Below the pieces are notes generated by a model. It was not told the origin of the DNA, searched no databases, and saw only the letters and a program-made list of their open reading frames with translations. Position numbers and translations under genes: made by a program. Positions 39,603 to 49,217 of a stretch of 64,000 nucleotides of DNA are shown here, in pieces. The DNA is from a virus: positions 1-64,000 of the IMG/VR virus record IMGVR_UViG_3300009527_000006; one strand, given 5' to 3'. Numbering within the stretch: position 1 is the stretch's first letter; each line of letters starts with the position of its first letter.

Positions 39603-41663
39603 ATGGCATCAACAACTTATCCCGGAGTCAGAGAAAATGACCCCGAAAGTAATCAATATCCTAGCAGAGATTTATCAGTTATAAATCAACCTGCTGGAGC
39701 AATAGAATTTATAAACACTAAAGATGAAGAAGTGTTAATGATTTCTTATAAAGATGGTTCTTTTGAAAAATATAATAAGTTTTCTAAAGATGAGCTATGT
39801 GTAAATGATAGGAGATTATACGTTCAAGGCGATTCTATTTCACAATTTAATTCAAATAAAATTGAAGTGGTTGATGGTGATACTGATGAGGTGATTTACG
39901 GCGATTCGTTGAAAAAAATTGGTGATGTTTCTAAATGGTTTCCGATATACCAAAAAATTAAAGCCAAATTACGTCCTTTACATGAGCTAAAAAGACTTTT
40001 TGAAATAAAGAGGACAAAAAAACATAATTCTATAGATCAAGGAGGGCAACAAACTAAAATAGGTTCGTATGCAGAATCACCTGCTGACAGCCAAAGCAAT
40101 AAAGTATTAATTTCCTCATCTGCAACAAAATATATTCCTGCTACTAAAGGCGGACCCGGAAGAAAAATATTTGAAATAGAAGACCCTGAAGAATCTTATA
40201 CTACTACATCTGCTGGAGAGGGCTCTTTCGGAGACTTCACATCATATGGAACCGGACATTCTCCGTCTACTCAAGATGGAATATGGGAACCTGAAAGTAA
40301 AAAATTAGATATAGAGAAAACAAGAATATCTATTCAAAAGGATTTATTGGAACTAGAGAAAGAACTTGGTCAAAATAAACATCCTAGCGGCGGGTCAGAA
40401 ATATCTACAATTTCTAAAGATAAAATAGAAATTGTAGGTCTAGAGTTCAATGACATGGAATCTTACAGAAAAGACCCATTTGGAAAACTAGTTCCGGCAG
40501 GCGTGAAAATAGATCCTTCAGGTAAAAGTGTTTACACTCAATATAAACCTAGTGATCTGGTTGAGCTAGTATCTGTAGATTCTCTTCCGGGAGGAAAGTA
40601 CGTGCTAAAGGTGGGCGATGAATACAAATTACTAGTCGGAGCAAATGGCATAGACATGAAAACGGTAGGTCCAATAGAAATGTATGGTTCGACTATACAA
40701 TCTGCTTCGCAATATATGGAATTTAATTCTGCTACTGATTTTAATGTAAAGGCAAAAAGAATAGATCTCAATGCGGATATTATCAGCATCAGACCTAATG
40801 AACACACTGATGATTTAGGAGTAGATAAAACTCTCCCTCTTAATAAAAAAGACAAAACTGAAATAGAAAAACAACTGCTATTAGATTGTAATGTAGGAAT
40901 AACCGGGAACGCTATTATAAAAGGCGGTTTGCATACAGAAGGAAACATAACATATCATTCACAAACTGCTCCCGCTGAATATCATATTTCAGAGACAGAT
41001 TTTGAATTTGTTAAAGAAAAATATTCTATTGAGCCTAGTAATGCAGGATGTGCAGGCAAAACCGATGAAATGGATGAGACTGTTGATAAAGATTATGTAT
41101 GTGCGTCACCTGTTAAAGATGCAACCCGCGCAGATTTATTGGGCGGTTATTTAATAGGCTACTGCCATGTATCCTGTGGTGAATGTGAAGGCTGCTTTCC
41201 AGTTTACTCTGTTCTTTCACCGAACTGTATAATGGTTCATGCACACCATCATTATTATAAAATGCCTCCTACTAAATTTATAGAAACTGACACACCCTTC
41301 AATATTCAAGTAGGCGATAATATTCAAGGACTGCCTTTATCAACACATGATGCAATTCGTGCTATCGGAAGCCGAAACAACTACGTTGAACCAGTTCTTC
41401 CTTTTCCTACAGTGCATGATTTGACTAATTATACCTCTGTTGAAAAATTTGGAGGAAGTACAATTATCAAAGATTGTGAACCTATTGAGATTGTAAATGG
41501 TAGTATGTTAGTTGAAAATCAAAAAGAAATTGTTCCTGATGGCAGTGGTATTCGCCAAAAGGAACAAGAACTTGATTTTTTAATTGAAAAAGCTAAAGAT
41601 TGGGAATCTAAGATGGAAAAAGCATATCTAGAATTACAAGAAAAACTAAAAAATATTAAATAA
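39603..41663 (+). CDS. gp5 C-terminal beta-helix/spike-like protein
   Basis: YP..V.NQPAG.IEF..T..E.L..GSF segment; beta repeats; Cys/His tip (HAHHH). Confidence 0.6.
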   Translation: MASTTYPGVRENDPESNQYPSRDLSVINQPAGAIEFINTKDEEVLMISYKDGSFEKYNKFSKDELCVNDRRLYVQGDSISQFNSNKIEVVDGDTDEVIYGDSLKKIGDVSKWFPIYQKIKAKLRPLHELKRLFEIKRTKKHNSIDQGGQQTKIGSYAESPADSQSNKVLISSSATKYIPATKGGPGRKIFEIEDPEESYTTTSAGEGSFGDFTSYGTGHSPSTQDGIWEPESKKLDIEKTRISIQKDLLELEKELGQNKHPSGGSEISTISKDKIEIVGLEFNDMESYRKDPFGKLVPAGVKIDPSGKSVYTQYKPSDLVELVSVDSLPGGKYVLKVGDEYKLLVGANGIDMKTVGPIEMYGSTIQSASQYMEFNSATDFNVKAKRIDLNADIISIRPNEHTDDLGVDKTLPLNKKDKTEIEKQLLLDCNVGITGNAIIKGGLHTEGNITYHSQTAPAEYHISETDFEFVKEKYSIEPSNAGCAGKTDEMDETVDKDYVCASPVKDATRADLLGGYLIGYCHVSCGECEGCFPVYSVLSPNCIMVHAHHHYYKMPPTKFIETDTPFNIQVGDNIQGLPLSTHDAIRAIGSRNNYVEPVLPFPTVHDLTNYTSVEKFGGSTIIKDCEPIEIVNGSMLVENQKEIVPDGSGIRQKEQELDFLIEKAKDWESKMEKAYLELQEKLKNIK

Positions 41664-42330
41664 CGCTGCAACCATTATCAGTTTTTATAACACCTAATAA
41701 ATCCCAATTATTATTATTGATGATTTTCAAATAAGATTGTGTTCTGTATGCAGAATTTCTGACTGCGCGGTTAGAATGTGTTTTGAGCCATTGTTGCCTT
41801 GCAATGATATATTCAGTAATCCATTTCTTTTCATCACCCCCATTTCTAGGAGTTTTTTCAGAAAATCGGTTTCTTAAAAAACCGAATATTTGACCTGATT
41901 GCAAAAACGAATCAAATATACATAAAATAGCTAGATTAGTCTTAAATCCTTCTGTATGAGCCCACTTCATAGCAGGAGTAAAATACTTCTCTTCAAAAAT
42001 AGTATCCTGACAATCCATCATTATACCATCTTTTTTAGAAGCAATCTTGAGAAGTTCAACGAAAGAAGCATCATTTACTAGTGGAATTTTTCCGATTTTA
42101 TCAACAAAAGGAGACAATTTATCTGCATAAATTCCCTTTTTATTGACATACAACTGAACCACTTTCTTCAAATTTCCGCCAAATTCTGTGAAACCTACGC
42201 CAAGAGTTATTTGCCGAATTCCTTTAGGACCATCAGGCAGAATAGTTATCATATCATATTTCATGTAAGGCGTTCCAGTTTCCATACATGAAAGCAAATT
42301 CCACATTTTCTTTTTTATAGAATGATTCAT
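41656..42330 (-). CDS. Chitosanase/GH46-like lysozyme (putative endolysin)
   Basis: METG..YDMITILPDG..ITLGVGFT; FDSFLQSG. Confidence 0.7.
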   Translation of the reverse strand: MNHSIKKKMWNLLSCMETGTPYMKYDMITILPDGPKGIRQITLGVGFTEFGGNLKKVVQLYVNKKGIYADKLSPFVDKIGKIPLVNDASFVELLKIASKKDGIMMDCQDTIFEEKYFTPAMKWAHTEGFKTNLAILCIFDSFLQSGQIFGFLRNRFSEKTPRNGGDEKKWITEYIIARQQWLKTHSNRAVRNSAYRTQSYLKIINNNNWDLLGVIKTDNGCSVI

Positions 42331-42348
42331 GACATTATTTAATGTGTA

Positions 42349-42666
42349 TTATTCATTGTCCTCTGAACCAGAAGATTGTTCTGCATACAGTAGATTATTA
42401 GAAACCTTTTCTAAAAGCCGCATCGTCGCCTCATGTTGCATAGGAGATTCACTGTGCATAAATCCTACATGATTTTCATTAACATCATAACCTATAATGA
42501 CGAAAGAAGACATATACTCTTTAAGAGTAGACGTTAAACTTTGCATAAATCGACTTCTTTGTGACTTGCTGCTGATTTTTCGCTTTTTAGGCATTTTTAC
42601 AACATCAGGAACCTGACTTAAAAGTTCATCTGCTATTTCATCATCCGTCTTTTCTTTCTTAGCCAT
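42349..42666 (-). CDS. Hypothetical protein
   Basis: EYMSSFVIIGYD motif. Confidence 0.65.
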   Translation of the reverse strand: MAKKEKTDDEIADELLSQVPDVVKMPKKRKISSKSQRSRFMQSLTSTLKEYMSSFVIIGYDVNENHVGFMHSESPMQHEATMRLLEKVSNNLLYAEQSSGSEDNE

Positions 42667-42785
42667 GCACATATTTATATTTTACTTGTCAAAGGTTATA
42701 TTATTTCGGTTTGGTATAATTATATAATAAAGAATCTATGCATAGATATGTCACATAACCATTACATAGATTCTTTATCAATTTA

Positions 42786-43103
42786 CTAGACAGACTCGTT
42801 AAACTGTTTTCCGTAACTCCAGTGTTTGCTGAAAATGTGATAGCTGTTAAGAATATCAACCAAGACTTCTACAGAATCTGCGGAATACCGCAGTTTATGA
42901 AATGATTTACCTCCATCGTTAAAGTGAAAGTATCCATCCTTATAGCATGTTATAATAATAGAATGATAACCGTTATCCATTAAAATAGAGTATTTTCTCT
43001 TATCTTCGGGAGAATATTTAATATCTAATTTATCTACAGTATAACCGCTATCTTTAAGTCGTTTTACTAAATAAGAGCGTGTTGTAATATTATTGGTGGC
43101 CAT
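42786..43103 (-). CDS. Hypothetical protein (paralog of the neighbouring gene)
   Basis: 105 aa ORF. Confidence 0.65.
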   Translation of the reverse strand: MATNNITTRSYLVKRLKDSGYTVDKLDIKYSPEDKRKYSILMDNGYHSIIITCYKDGYFHFNDGGKSFHKLRYSADSVEVLVDILNSYHIFSKHWSYGKQFNESV

Positions 43104-43105
43104 AA

Positions 43106-43453
43106 TTATATAATTTTCTGATTAAGTTCTAAGAGTGATTCTAAATCCACTTTCTCTGGAGATGCTATTGCAACTATAGTATCTATAACAGAATCTAAAT
43201 CCAAATCATATACTATTCTATTAGAAGCAAAAACATCAAAGGTTTCTTGATCTAGTTCCTCTTTATTGATATGATAATTAATTATAATATTATCCATATT
43301 AGGATTAACTACCGCAGTCCATACTCTAGAATCATATTTTGCATATTTAATTTCTAGTTTATTAACTATAATAGAAGCATCATCTAGTTTTTTACTAAAT
43401 TCTTCCACAGTCATTGCCCATTTTTTAGGCTTTTTGTTTATATATTTTTTCAT
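43106..43453 (-). CDS. Hypothetical protein
   Basis: 115 aa ORF. Confidence 0.65.
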   Translation of the reverse strand: MKKYINKKPKKWAMTVEEFSKKLDDASIIVNKLEIKYAKYDSRVWTAVVNPNMDNIIINYHINKEELDQETFDVFASNRIVYDLDLDSVIDTIVAIASPEKVDLESLLELNQKII

Positions 43454-43455
43454 TA

Positions 43456-44184
43456 TTACTTGTTTTTTGAAGTACAGTAAATGGTTGTGTTTGTTTTGTT
43501 AGATGCTATTATTGAGCCTATATCTAGAATTTTTATATTGACTCCTTCTTTAACGGAAAGAATTCTATCTAAAAAATCTAACCGATATACATGTTCTTTG
43601 ATAGCAAAAGAGTTATTGGACGAAATTAAAATTTTCATTCCATCTAGATGATTTTGTTTTTTATCACCGAAGAATAGATATAAATTAGAATTTTCAGTCT
43701 CTAAACCAAATTTCTTATGCTCGGATGAAAAGGAAAGTCCTTTTTTAAGTATCTGATACTGTTTCTCGTCAAGAGAAAACTCAGCTTGAATCTTTTTATA
43801 CGCAAGTAAAGAAAAGGGATTGAATGCTGGAGGAGCAACACTTGCATCAGTCAATAATCTTATTCTAAAAGAGTGATCTGCCCCACAATAAGTCAAAAAT
43901 GAAAAATTGTTAATAGTTTCTACTCGAAGAACTACCAAATCATCTGCTATACATTCCAGTGCCTGACGAAGTTTAGAAATATCTAAATTTATTTTTTCCA
44001 GACCATCTGCAAATTCTTCTAATGTGAACGTAGAGTAAAAATGAACTTCATCTATTACAGATGAATAAATGGTATATACTTGATCATTTTTGAAGAAAAG
44101 TGTTCCCATTCCGTTTCTATTGATGGCTAATAGGGGATTTATAAACTCTGTAATAGCGCGTTTTCTATTGATCTTGAATGTCAT
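43456..44184 (-). CDS. gp45: Sliding clamp (gp45-like)
   Basis: Size, two-domain beta/alpha pattern and replication context. Confidence 0.55.
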   Translation of the reverse strand: MTFKINRKRAITEFINPLLAINRNGMGTLFFKNDQVYTIYSSVIDEVHFYSTFTLEEFADGLEKINLDISKLRQALECIADDLVVLRVETINNFSFLTYCGADHSFRIRLLTDASVAPPAFNPFSLLAYKKIQAEFSLDEKQYQILKKGLSFSSEHKKFGLETENSNLYLFFGDKKQNHLDGMKILISSNNSFAIKEHVYRLDFLDRILSVKEGVNIKILDIGSIIASNKTNTTIYCTSKNK

Positions 44185-44752
44185 TTTCGCTGTTGGTAGA
44201 AGGTTCTACTTCTTTAGTTAGTTTAGCATCTCTCACTTCCTCAAGCAACTCTTTAATCATCTTTTTTATTGCCCTAAGCTCAGACAGCATACTTTTTTCA
44301 TAATCAGTGTTTTTTTCCTTTTTAGTAGAAGATGACTTATCTTGGGATGCCTCAAATCTATTATATTGAGGCATTGTGAAAGTAGCACCGCCTGAAGGAA
44401 TATTAGGATTTTGTAAAGGATTATTATACTGAGGAGGAGCATAATTCACCGGAGCATTATGATCTACAATCATATTTCCTTTTTCATCTATTCCTACTGG
44501 AACGGGAATAAAAGTTGGGGGGGTTTGCTCAATATTAACATTAAAATTTCCTACAGGATGTGACTGTATTTGCGGAATATGTGCCTGTTGAGGAATATTT
44601 CTATTAGAGCTTATAAATTTTTTCGGTGACACGTCATGGGTTCCCATAATATTATTAAGTTCACTTCTACGACTATTACTAAACAGTCTTTTCATTTCTT
44701 GTGAAGTAGAATGTGCTAATTTAGCCAAATCCATCATATCATCAGTTTGCAT
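44165..44752 (-). CDS. Pro/Gln-rich hypothetical protein
   Basis: 195 aa ORF. Confidence 0.6.
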   Translation of the reverse strand: MQTDDMMDLAKLAHSTSQEMKRLFSNSRRSELNNIMGTHDVSPKKFISSNRNIPQQAHIPQIQSHPVGNFNVNIEQTPPTFIPVPVGIDEKGNMIVDHNAPVNYAPPQYNNPLQNPNIPSGGATFTMPQYNRFEASQDKSSSTKKEKNTDYEKSMLSELRAIKKMIKELLEEVRDAKLTKEVEPSTNSENDIQDQ

Positions 44753-44781
44753 GGAGATTATTTATAAGTTAATATTAATAT

Positions 44782-44815
44782 AAAAAGGGGGAAGACGTAG
44801 GTCTTCCCCCTTTTT
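44782..44815 (-). terminator. Terminator after the ssDNA-binding protein gene
   Basis: AAAAAGGGGGAAGAC-GTAG-GTCTTCCCCCTTTTT. Confidence 0.85.
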
Positions 44816-44825
44816 TAATATCTAA

Positions 44826-45779
44826 TTAGATATTAACATCGTCATCATCATCATCATCCAAAATAAAGTCATTAAGACCATCGTCATCACCATCATCATT
44901 ATCAACAACTCTATTCTGTGTTTGAGAGCGAGAATTTGTCGAGCTATTAACAGATTCATTGGCAATAGGACCATCCTCCCCAAACCAATACTGGTCAATG
45001 AGAGATTTGAGTTCGTCTTCAGACTTTACCGCAGGAACTAATTCCAAAAGATTGTGAACTGAATTTTCAATCCTCTCGTAATCAGAAGGTGACAAATTAT
45101 CAACTGCTTTACTGTCAGCAAATTTTGAAGTAGAATAATTATTCCAATCAGCCTTTGTAGTAACACGGACAATCAGCGACCTTCCTTTAGGTGAAAGATC
45201 AAATGCCTTAATTCCTACATCATCTCCACCTAAAACTTCTTCATCAATAAGTTTCGCTAAATCACTCTTAATTTCACCAGTTTTCTTGTCTATACCAGCA
45301 GAATATTTAAGGACAACTACTGTTCCTATTTTTTGTTGTGCATCAGGATCATCGCCTTCCACTTTGTGCAAGAAGGCATTTACCAATTCATGACGCTGTG
45401 GAATCAATTTGTAACTACGCTTCATAGCATCTTCATCACCACTCTTTTTGGCTTCACTAAAAAGCTTCCATTGTAGTTTGTTGATGTAATCATTTTTTGC
45501 TTGAGTAGGATCTGCATCTGATAGAGATCTTCCTAGATAAATGTATTCAGAAGGAGTTGTCAACGTCTCAAACCCAATATCTTTATAGTTTACAAAAGTT
45601 TGATCATTTCCATCTGAATCTGTGGAACGCAAAAGTCTTACATAGTATTTGCAATTTTTCTTGAATTTCAAGATTCTTGGATCAGAATTTCCAGACCCTC
45701 CACTTTTTTCCTTTTTAAGCTTTTCTGCTTTTGAATTTCTAATTTTTTCTAATGTTTCTTCTAATGTTGGTTTTCTCAT
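44826..45779 (-). CDS. gp32: ssDNA-binding protein (gp32-like)
   Basis: DPRILK..YYVRLL; AFDLSPKG; NYSTSKF; acidic tail. Confidence 0.8.
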   Translation of the reverse strand: MRKPTLEETLEKIRNSKAEKLKKEKSGGSGNSDPRILKFKKNCKYYVRLLRSTDSDGNDQTFVNYKDIGFETLTTPSEYIYLGRSLSDADPTQAKNDYINKLQWKLFSEAKKSGDEDAMKRSYKLIPQRHELVNAFLHKVEGDDPDAQQKIGTVVVLKYSAGIDKKTGEIKSDLAKLIDEEVLGGDDVGIKAFDLSPKGRSLIVRVTTKADWNNYSTSKFADSKAVDNLSPSDYERIENSVHNLLELVPAVKSEDELKSLIDQYWFGEDGPIANESVNSSTNSRSQTQNRVVDNDDGDDDGLNDFILDDDDDDDVNI

Positions 45780-45835
45780 AATATATTATTGTTCTTATTG
45801 TTCTTATTCTAGATAGAATATCTATCCGAAAGTAT

Positions 45836-46459
45836 TTATAGTTTATTTGCCAGTATAACCTGATTTATAGTTTTTTTAAGCAATTTACTGGCAGAATATT
45901 TTGTATGTAAAAAATTTAATTGATCTTTCGTATCACCAAGATAAAGCTCATATTCTTCTGGTGGAAGATTAAGAAGTTTGGCAAAACCCTCTAGATAGAA
46001 AACGGTATATAGGTTAGTGCTTTTATTTTTAAGATGAAGAAGATAATCTGGCTGATGAACAGTAGCATAGTTTAGGTAGTCTGTCAACTTTATTTTCTTT
46101 TCTTTACAGAAATCCAGCACAAATTTTACGCATTCTGTAGTATATCTAATATTATCAGGATGATCGGTATTTTCAGATACTAGTAAGTTTACATAGCTAG
46201 AACATACTAGCATACACTTAACTGTAGAAAAATAATTCAAAGAAAAAAACTTTTTATCTTTATAAATTTTATAGGGTGCGATAAAATATGTTCTTGACAT
46301 TAGGTGAGGATGTTTTTGAAAAAACTTTTCAAGTTTTTCAAGAGCACCCTTTTTAGAATCATCTAATTTTTCATATTTTAGCAAACTTTTACATGGGCGA
46401 TCATTTGCTTCAGCAAGAGCCTCTAGGAAAAGATTGTAAATTTTTAATTTATTGTCCAT
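45836..46459 (-). CDS. Hypothetical protein (possibly gp59-like helicase loader)
   Basis: Likely start MDNKLK; adjacent to gp32. Confidence 0.5.
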   Translation of the reverse strand: MDNKLKIYNLFLEALAEANDRPCKSLLKYEKLDDSKKGALEKLEKFFQKHPHLMSRTYFIAPYKIYKDKKFFSLNYFSTVKCMLVCSSYVNLLVSENTDHPDNIRYTTECVKFVLDFCKEKKIKLTDYLNYATVHQPDYLLHLKNKSTNLYTVFYLEGFAKLLNLPPEEYELYLGDTKDQLNFLHTKYSASKLLKKTINQVILANKL

Positions 46460-46913
46460 TGTTGCGACTATACAGAAATTTATCAATATTATCAAGACTT
46501 TCAGGACCAACTAGTTCTCCACTTATAGCGATAGAATGGCCGTCTTTGAGCAAAGTTACTAATGACTCAACCACATCACTTGATAAAAAATCAAATTTAG
46601 CTCCTAGAAAAAATAAATATATTTGTTCTAAAGTTACAAGACCGTCTTTCCATTTAATATAATAAGAACAGAAATCAGTATATTTTACGAGAATATCTAG
46701 ATAAGAATAAGCATTACTGTCGTTGTCTAAAATATTACTACAATCTATATGATCCTGATTTAAAAATTTTTCTTTACTAGAAAGGTAAGTTCCGCAATAA
46801 TAAACAATTTCAGTATCTTTTGACACCGTATTTGTAAAAAATTGTAGCGTTAGTGCAAATGATTCTAACCAAGTATCAAAATCGTAGTCAGGGCAGAGAG
46901 TTTTAATTTTCAT
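46449..46913 (-). CDS. Hypothetical protein
   Basis: Likely start MKIKT after TTGACT-16-TATTCT. Confidence 0.55.
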   Translation of the reverse strand: MKIKTLCPDYDFDTWLESFALTLQFFTNTVSKDTEIVYYCGTYLSSKEKFLNQDHIDCSNILDNDSNAYSYLDILVKYTDFCSYYIKWKDGLVTLEQIYLFFLGAKFDFLSSDVVESLVTLLKDGHSIAISGELVGPESLDNIDKFLYSRNNGQ

Positions 46914-46998
46914 AATAATAGAATACAGCACATAATTCAGAAGTCAAGCGCTAAATTCAATCATTTAGATATTTTGAAGACACTACTAAATCACAAGA

Positions 46999-47087
46999 GG
47001 CGAACAAAACGGATGCAGACAACGCTCTATAAGTTGTTTGTCACATTCATAGTCTTTTATTCGCGTGTCTGATCCGAAGCGTTCGGG
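46999..47087 (+). repeat. attC-like site 1 (type A)
   Basis: GGCGAAC-AAAA-CGGATGCAGACAACG...CGTGTCTGATCCG-AAGC-GTTCGGG; two extrahelical bases. Confidence 0.88.
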
Positions 47088-47113
47088 CAATACGCATCCA
47101 CACAAAATCACGC

Positions 47114-47554
47114 ATGTATAATAGACCGTCTAATTCTGAAGTTGCGGAAATTACTGGATACAATCTTCCTATAGAAGAAATCTCAGAATTTCCCACAGCT
47201 AAACAGCAACAAGAAGGAGGTTATATTTTGAAGTATATTGGCCGCATCTCAGATACTTGTGATACCTTCTTGAAAACTGCACATGGTAAGGTAGTTGCTA
47301 TAATATTGCTTATCCATGGAATCATCGGATTTGCTAGAGATGCATTTGATGGTGCAACATACATCTATAATGCATCTGCTCCTATGCTTGAAAGGATTGA
47401 GACTTTTGTATTTTCTCATAAGAACCAAGAAGTCTCTCCCGAATACCTAGTATTGATCCCAAAAGAAACGCACCTGACACTGCCCGTAAAAGATTGGGCT
47501 GATTTTCCGGCAGGAACCCAATTTGCGCCAGCCAGTAGCATAGATTACACATAG
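47114..47554 (+). CDS. Cassette 1 gene, membrane protein
   Basis: 146 aa, one TM segment; starts 27 nt after R'. Confidence 0.7.
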   Translation: MYNRPSNSEVAEITGYNLPIEEISEFPTAKQQQEGGYILKYIGRISDTCDTFLKTAHGKVVAIILLIHGIIGFARDAFDGATYIYNASAPMLERIETFVFSHKNQEVSPEYLVLIPKETHLTLPVKDWADFPAGTQFAPASSIDYT

Positions 47555-47633
47555 CCAACGATCCAAAATATATAAATGCAAATATTTCACAACAAACCCA
47601 TACTTTATTCAAATAATTATATTTATTAGACAT
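47382..47633 (-). CDS. Cassette 1 antisense ORF/transcript
   Basis: TATAAATA 6 nt upstream of ATG; overlaps the top-strand gene. Confidence 0.35.
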   Translation of the reverse strand: MSNKYNYLNKVWVCCEIFAFIYFGSLAMCNLCYWLAQIGFLPENQPNLLRAVSGAFLLGSILGIRERLLGSYEKIQKSQSFQA

Positions 47634-47669
47634 TTTACCTATTTATAAAGACTTTAGACTAAAACAAGA

Positions 47670-47759
47670 CCCGAACAAAGAAACTGGAGACAACAGCTCA
47701 GCATAGTTATTCTCCTATATTAGTTCTGTGTTCGCTGTGTCTCAGTTTAGACGTTCGCC
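47670..47759 (+). repeat. attC-like site 2 (type B)
   Basis: CCCGAAC-AAAG-AAACTGGAGACAAC...GTGTCTCAGTTT-AGAC-GTTCGCC. Confidence 0.88.
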
Positions 47760-47783
47760 TAACAACACACAGCCTCTACTACA

Positions 47784-48056
47784 ATGTATAAAACTCAGCC
47801 TAAATATCGGGCCATCATTCGTTTCTCCTTGGATAAGGATGAGAGTTCAAAGTTTCGCAACTCTGTTATTAGAAAACTTAGAAAAGCTAAATTCACCAAC
47901 ACAAATAAGACTGGTTCTTGGGAGACTCCATCCGCAGATTTATCTATTATTCAGTCATTAGTCTGCACCGTTATGAACGAACTAGGTAAAGTAACGAATG
48001 ACGACGGAAAGCCCGTAACATTGGACCATATGTGGATGTGCATAGATAAAGTTTAA
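47784..48056 (+). CDS. Cassette 2 gene, hypothetical
   Basis: 90 aa ORF directly after R'. Confidence 0.7.
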   Translation: MYKTQPKYRAIIRFSLDKDESSKFRNSVIRKLRKAKFTNTNKTGSWETPSADLSIIQSLVCTVMNELGKVTNDDGKPVTLDHMWMCIDKV

Positions 48057-48223
48057 TCTTCTTCGTTCCACCTAGGGTCATCATCTGACCATTCATTCCA
48101 TCCAGATTCGATTTCGTCTGAGTCTGAATTGATAACTATTTTTGTTTTAGATTCAGTATGACACCCACAGTTGCCACATACGCCGCTAATAACGACTTCT
48201 ATAGGTTGAGAATTATTTTTCAT
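48053..48223 (-). CDS. Cassette 2 convergent 56-aa ORF (CxxCxCH, acidic Trp-rich tail); not in track
   Basis: MKNNSQPIEVVISGVCGNCGCH...WNEED*; ATAAATA 7 nt upstream; stop overlaps partner stop (TTAA). Confidence 0.55.
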   Translation of the reverse strand: MKNNSQPIEVVISGVCGNCGCHTESKTKIVINSDSDEIESGWNEWSDDDPRWNEED

Positions 48224-48261
48224 AATCAGCTATTTATTGGCAGCTCTTGCTATAAACAAGA

Positions 48262-48350
48262 GGCGAACAAAACGGATGCAGACAACGCTCTATAAGTTTT
48301 ATGTCACATTCAGAGTTTAGTATTCGCGTGTCTGATCCGAGACGTTCGTC
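48262..48350 (+). repeat. attC-like site 3 (type A)
   Basis: GGCGAAC...CTGATCCGAGAC-GTTCGTC. Confidence 0.88.
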
Positions 48351-48937
48351 TTATGAAATGCCACCCAGTGAGTCTGCGCTTTCTTGCCGCTACGGTGGCC
48401 GTAGAGCGGGCGTTCTGGCGTGAGTGCCAGCACTTCGCGGAGCGGGATTTCAGCCTCGCACCATTTGAAGATCATCGTTCCATTCACTTTCAGGACACGG
48501 AAGCATTCAGCGAATCCCGCCCGCAGGTCGTCGCGCCATGTCGCATCCAGAAGCCCGAAGTCGAAGGCGATGCGTCCCGTTGCCCCGGCTCCTTTATGGA
48601 AGTGCGGCGGATCGAATACCACATGCCAGAACGACTCATCAGGGAACGGCATGTTTCGGAAGTCCACCACCATATCAGGCGCGACGGTTTTCGGGGTGCG
48701 CCCGATGGTTCCCGGCGTTCCCACGTCGATGATTCGCGTGCCTTGGCGTTTGTCCACATACAGGGCGCGGTCATCCTGTTTATCGAACCAGAACATTCTG
48801 GTTGAGCAGCACGCATCCAATACCGGAGGCAAAGACGAACAAGTCGCTGCATGCAACCCGCTTTCTGCGTGCTGTTGGCGCGTTAATGTGAAGAGGTCAT
48901 CCATAGGTGTATCGGTGTATTGTGTCAGCGGGTGCAT
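48317..48937 (-). CDS. Cassette 3 SAM-dependent methyltransferase, antisense to the array
   Basis: VLDACC..MFWFDK, VFDPPH and GFAECFRVLK motifs; GC-rich; start in attC4, stop in attC3. Confidence 0.85.
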   Translation of the reverse strand: MHPLTQYTDTPMDDLFTLTRQQHAESGLHAATCSSLPPVLDACCSTRMFWFDKQDDRALYVDKRQGTRIIDVGTPGTIGRTPKTVAPDMVVDFRNMPFPDESFWHVVFDPPHFHKGAGATGRIAFDFGLLDATWRDDLRAGFAECFRVLKVNGTMIFKWCEAEIPLREVLALTPERPLYGHRSGKKAQTHWVAFHKTNVSDQTREY

Positions 48938-48953
48938 GAGCTAGGCGTTCGCC
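48834..48953 (+). repeat. attC-like site 4 (type C)
   Basis: GACGAAC-AAGTC-GCTGCATGCAACCCGC...GCGGGTGCATGAGC-TAGGC-GTTCGCC. Confidence 0.85.
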
Positions 48954-48962
48954 TAAAAACCA

Positions 48963-49217
48963 ATGCACTCATCACAAACTAATTCGCAGATGATAATCGC
49001 GCACATGCTAGCCAATGATAACGGAGCCATTTTTCATTTTGAGGACTATAGATTCAATGTTCGTCCTGAAGATCGAGTCACTTCCAGCAATTGGCCTAGT
49101 GGTATAACATTGCACATTAGACTTTCTAGCACAGGGCTGAGCGCAGCTTCTTACGAGAACGAGACAGTGCTCGGTGAATATGTGGATGAAAGAGGAACTC
49201 CCATTTTGCCTTATTAG
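48963..49217 (+). CDS. Cassette 4 gene, hypothetical
   Basis: 84 aa ORF starting 10 nt after R'. Confidence 0.65.
   Translation: MHSSQTNSQMIIAHMLANDNGAIFHFEDYRFNVRPEDRVTSSNWPSGITLHIRLSSTGLSAASYENETVLGEYVDERGTPILPY

Noticed and set aside
46932-46998. attI site or Pc promoter ahead of the array
   Set aside because: No convincing GTTRRRY core with partner site or top-strand promoter; only a bottom-strand promoter for the adjacent phage gene.
48353-48944. Top-strand ORFs 48353-48805, 48420-48944 and 48538-48732
   Set aside because: Shadow frames of the GC-rich methyltransferase on the opposite strand; no recognisable motifs.
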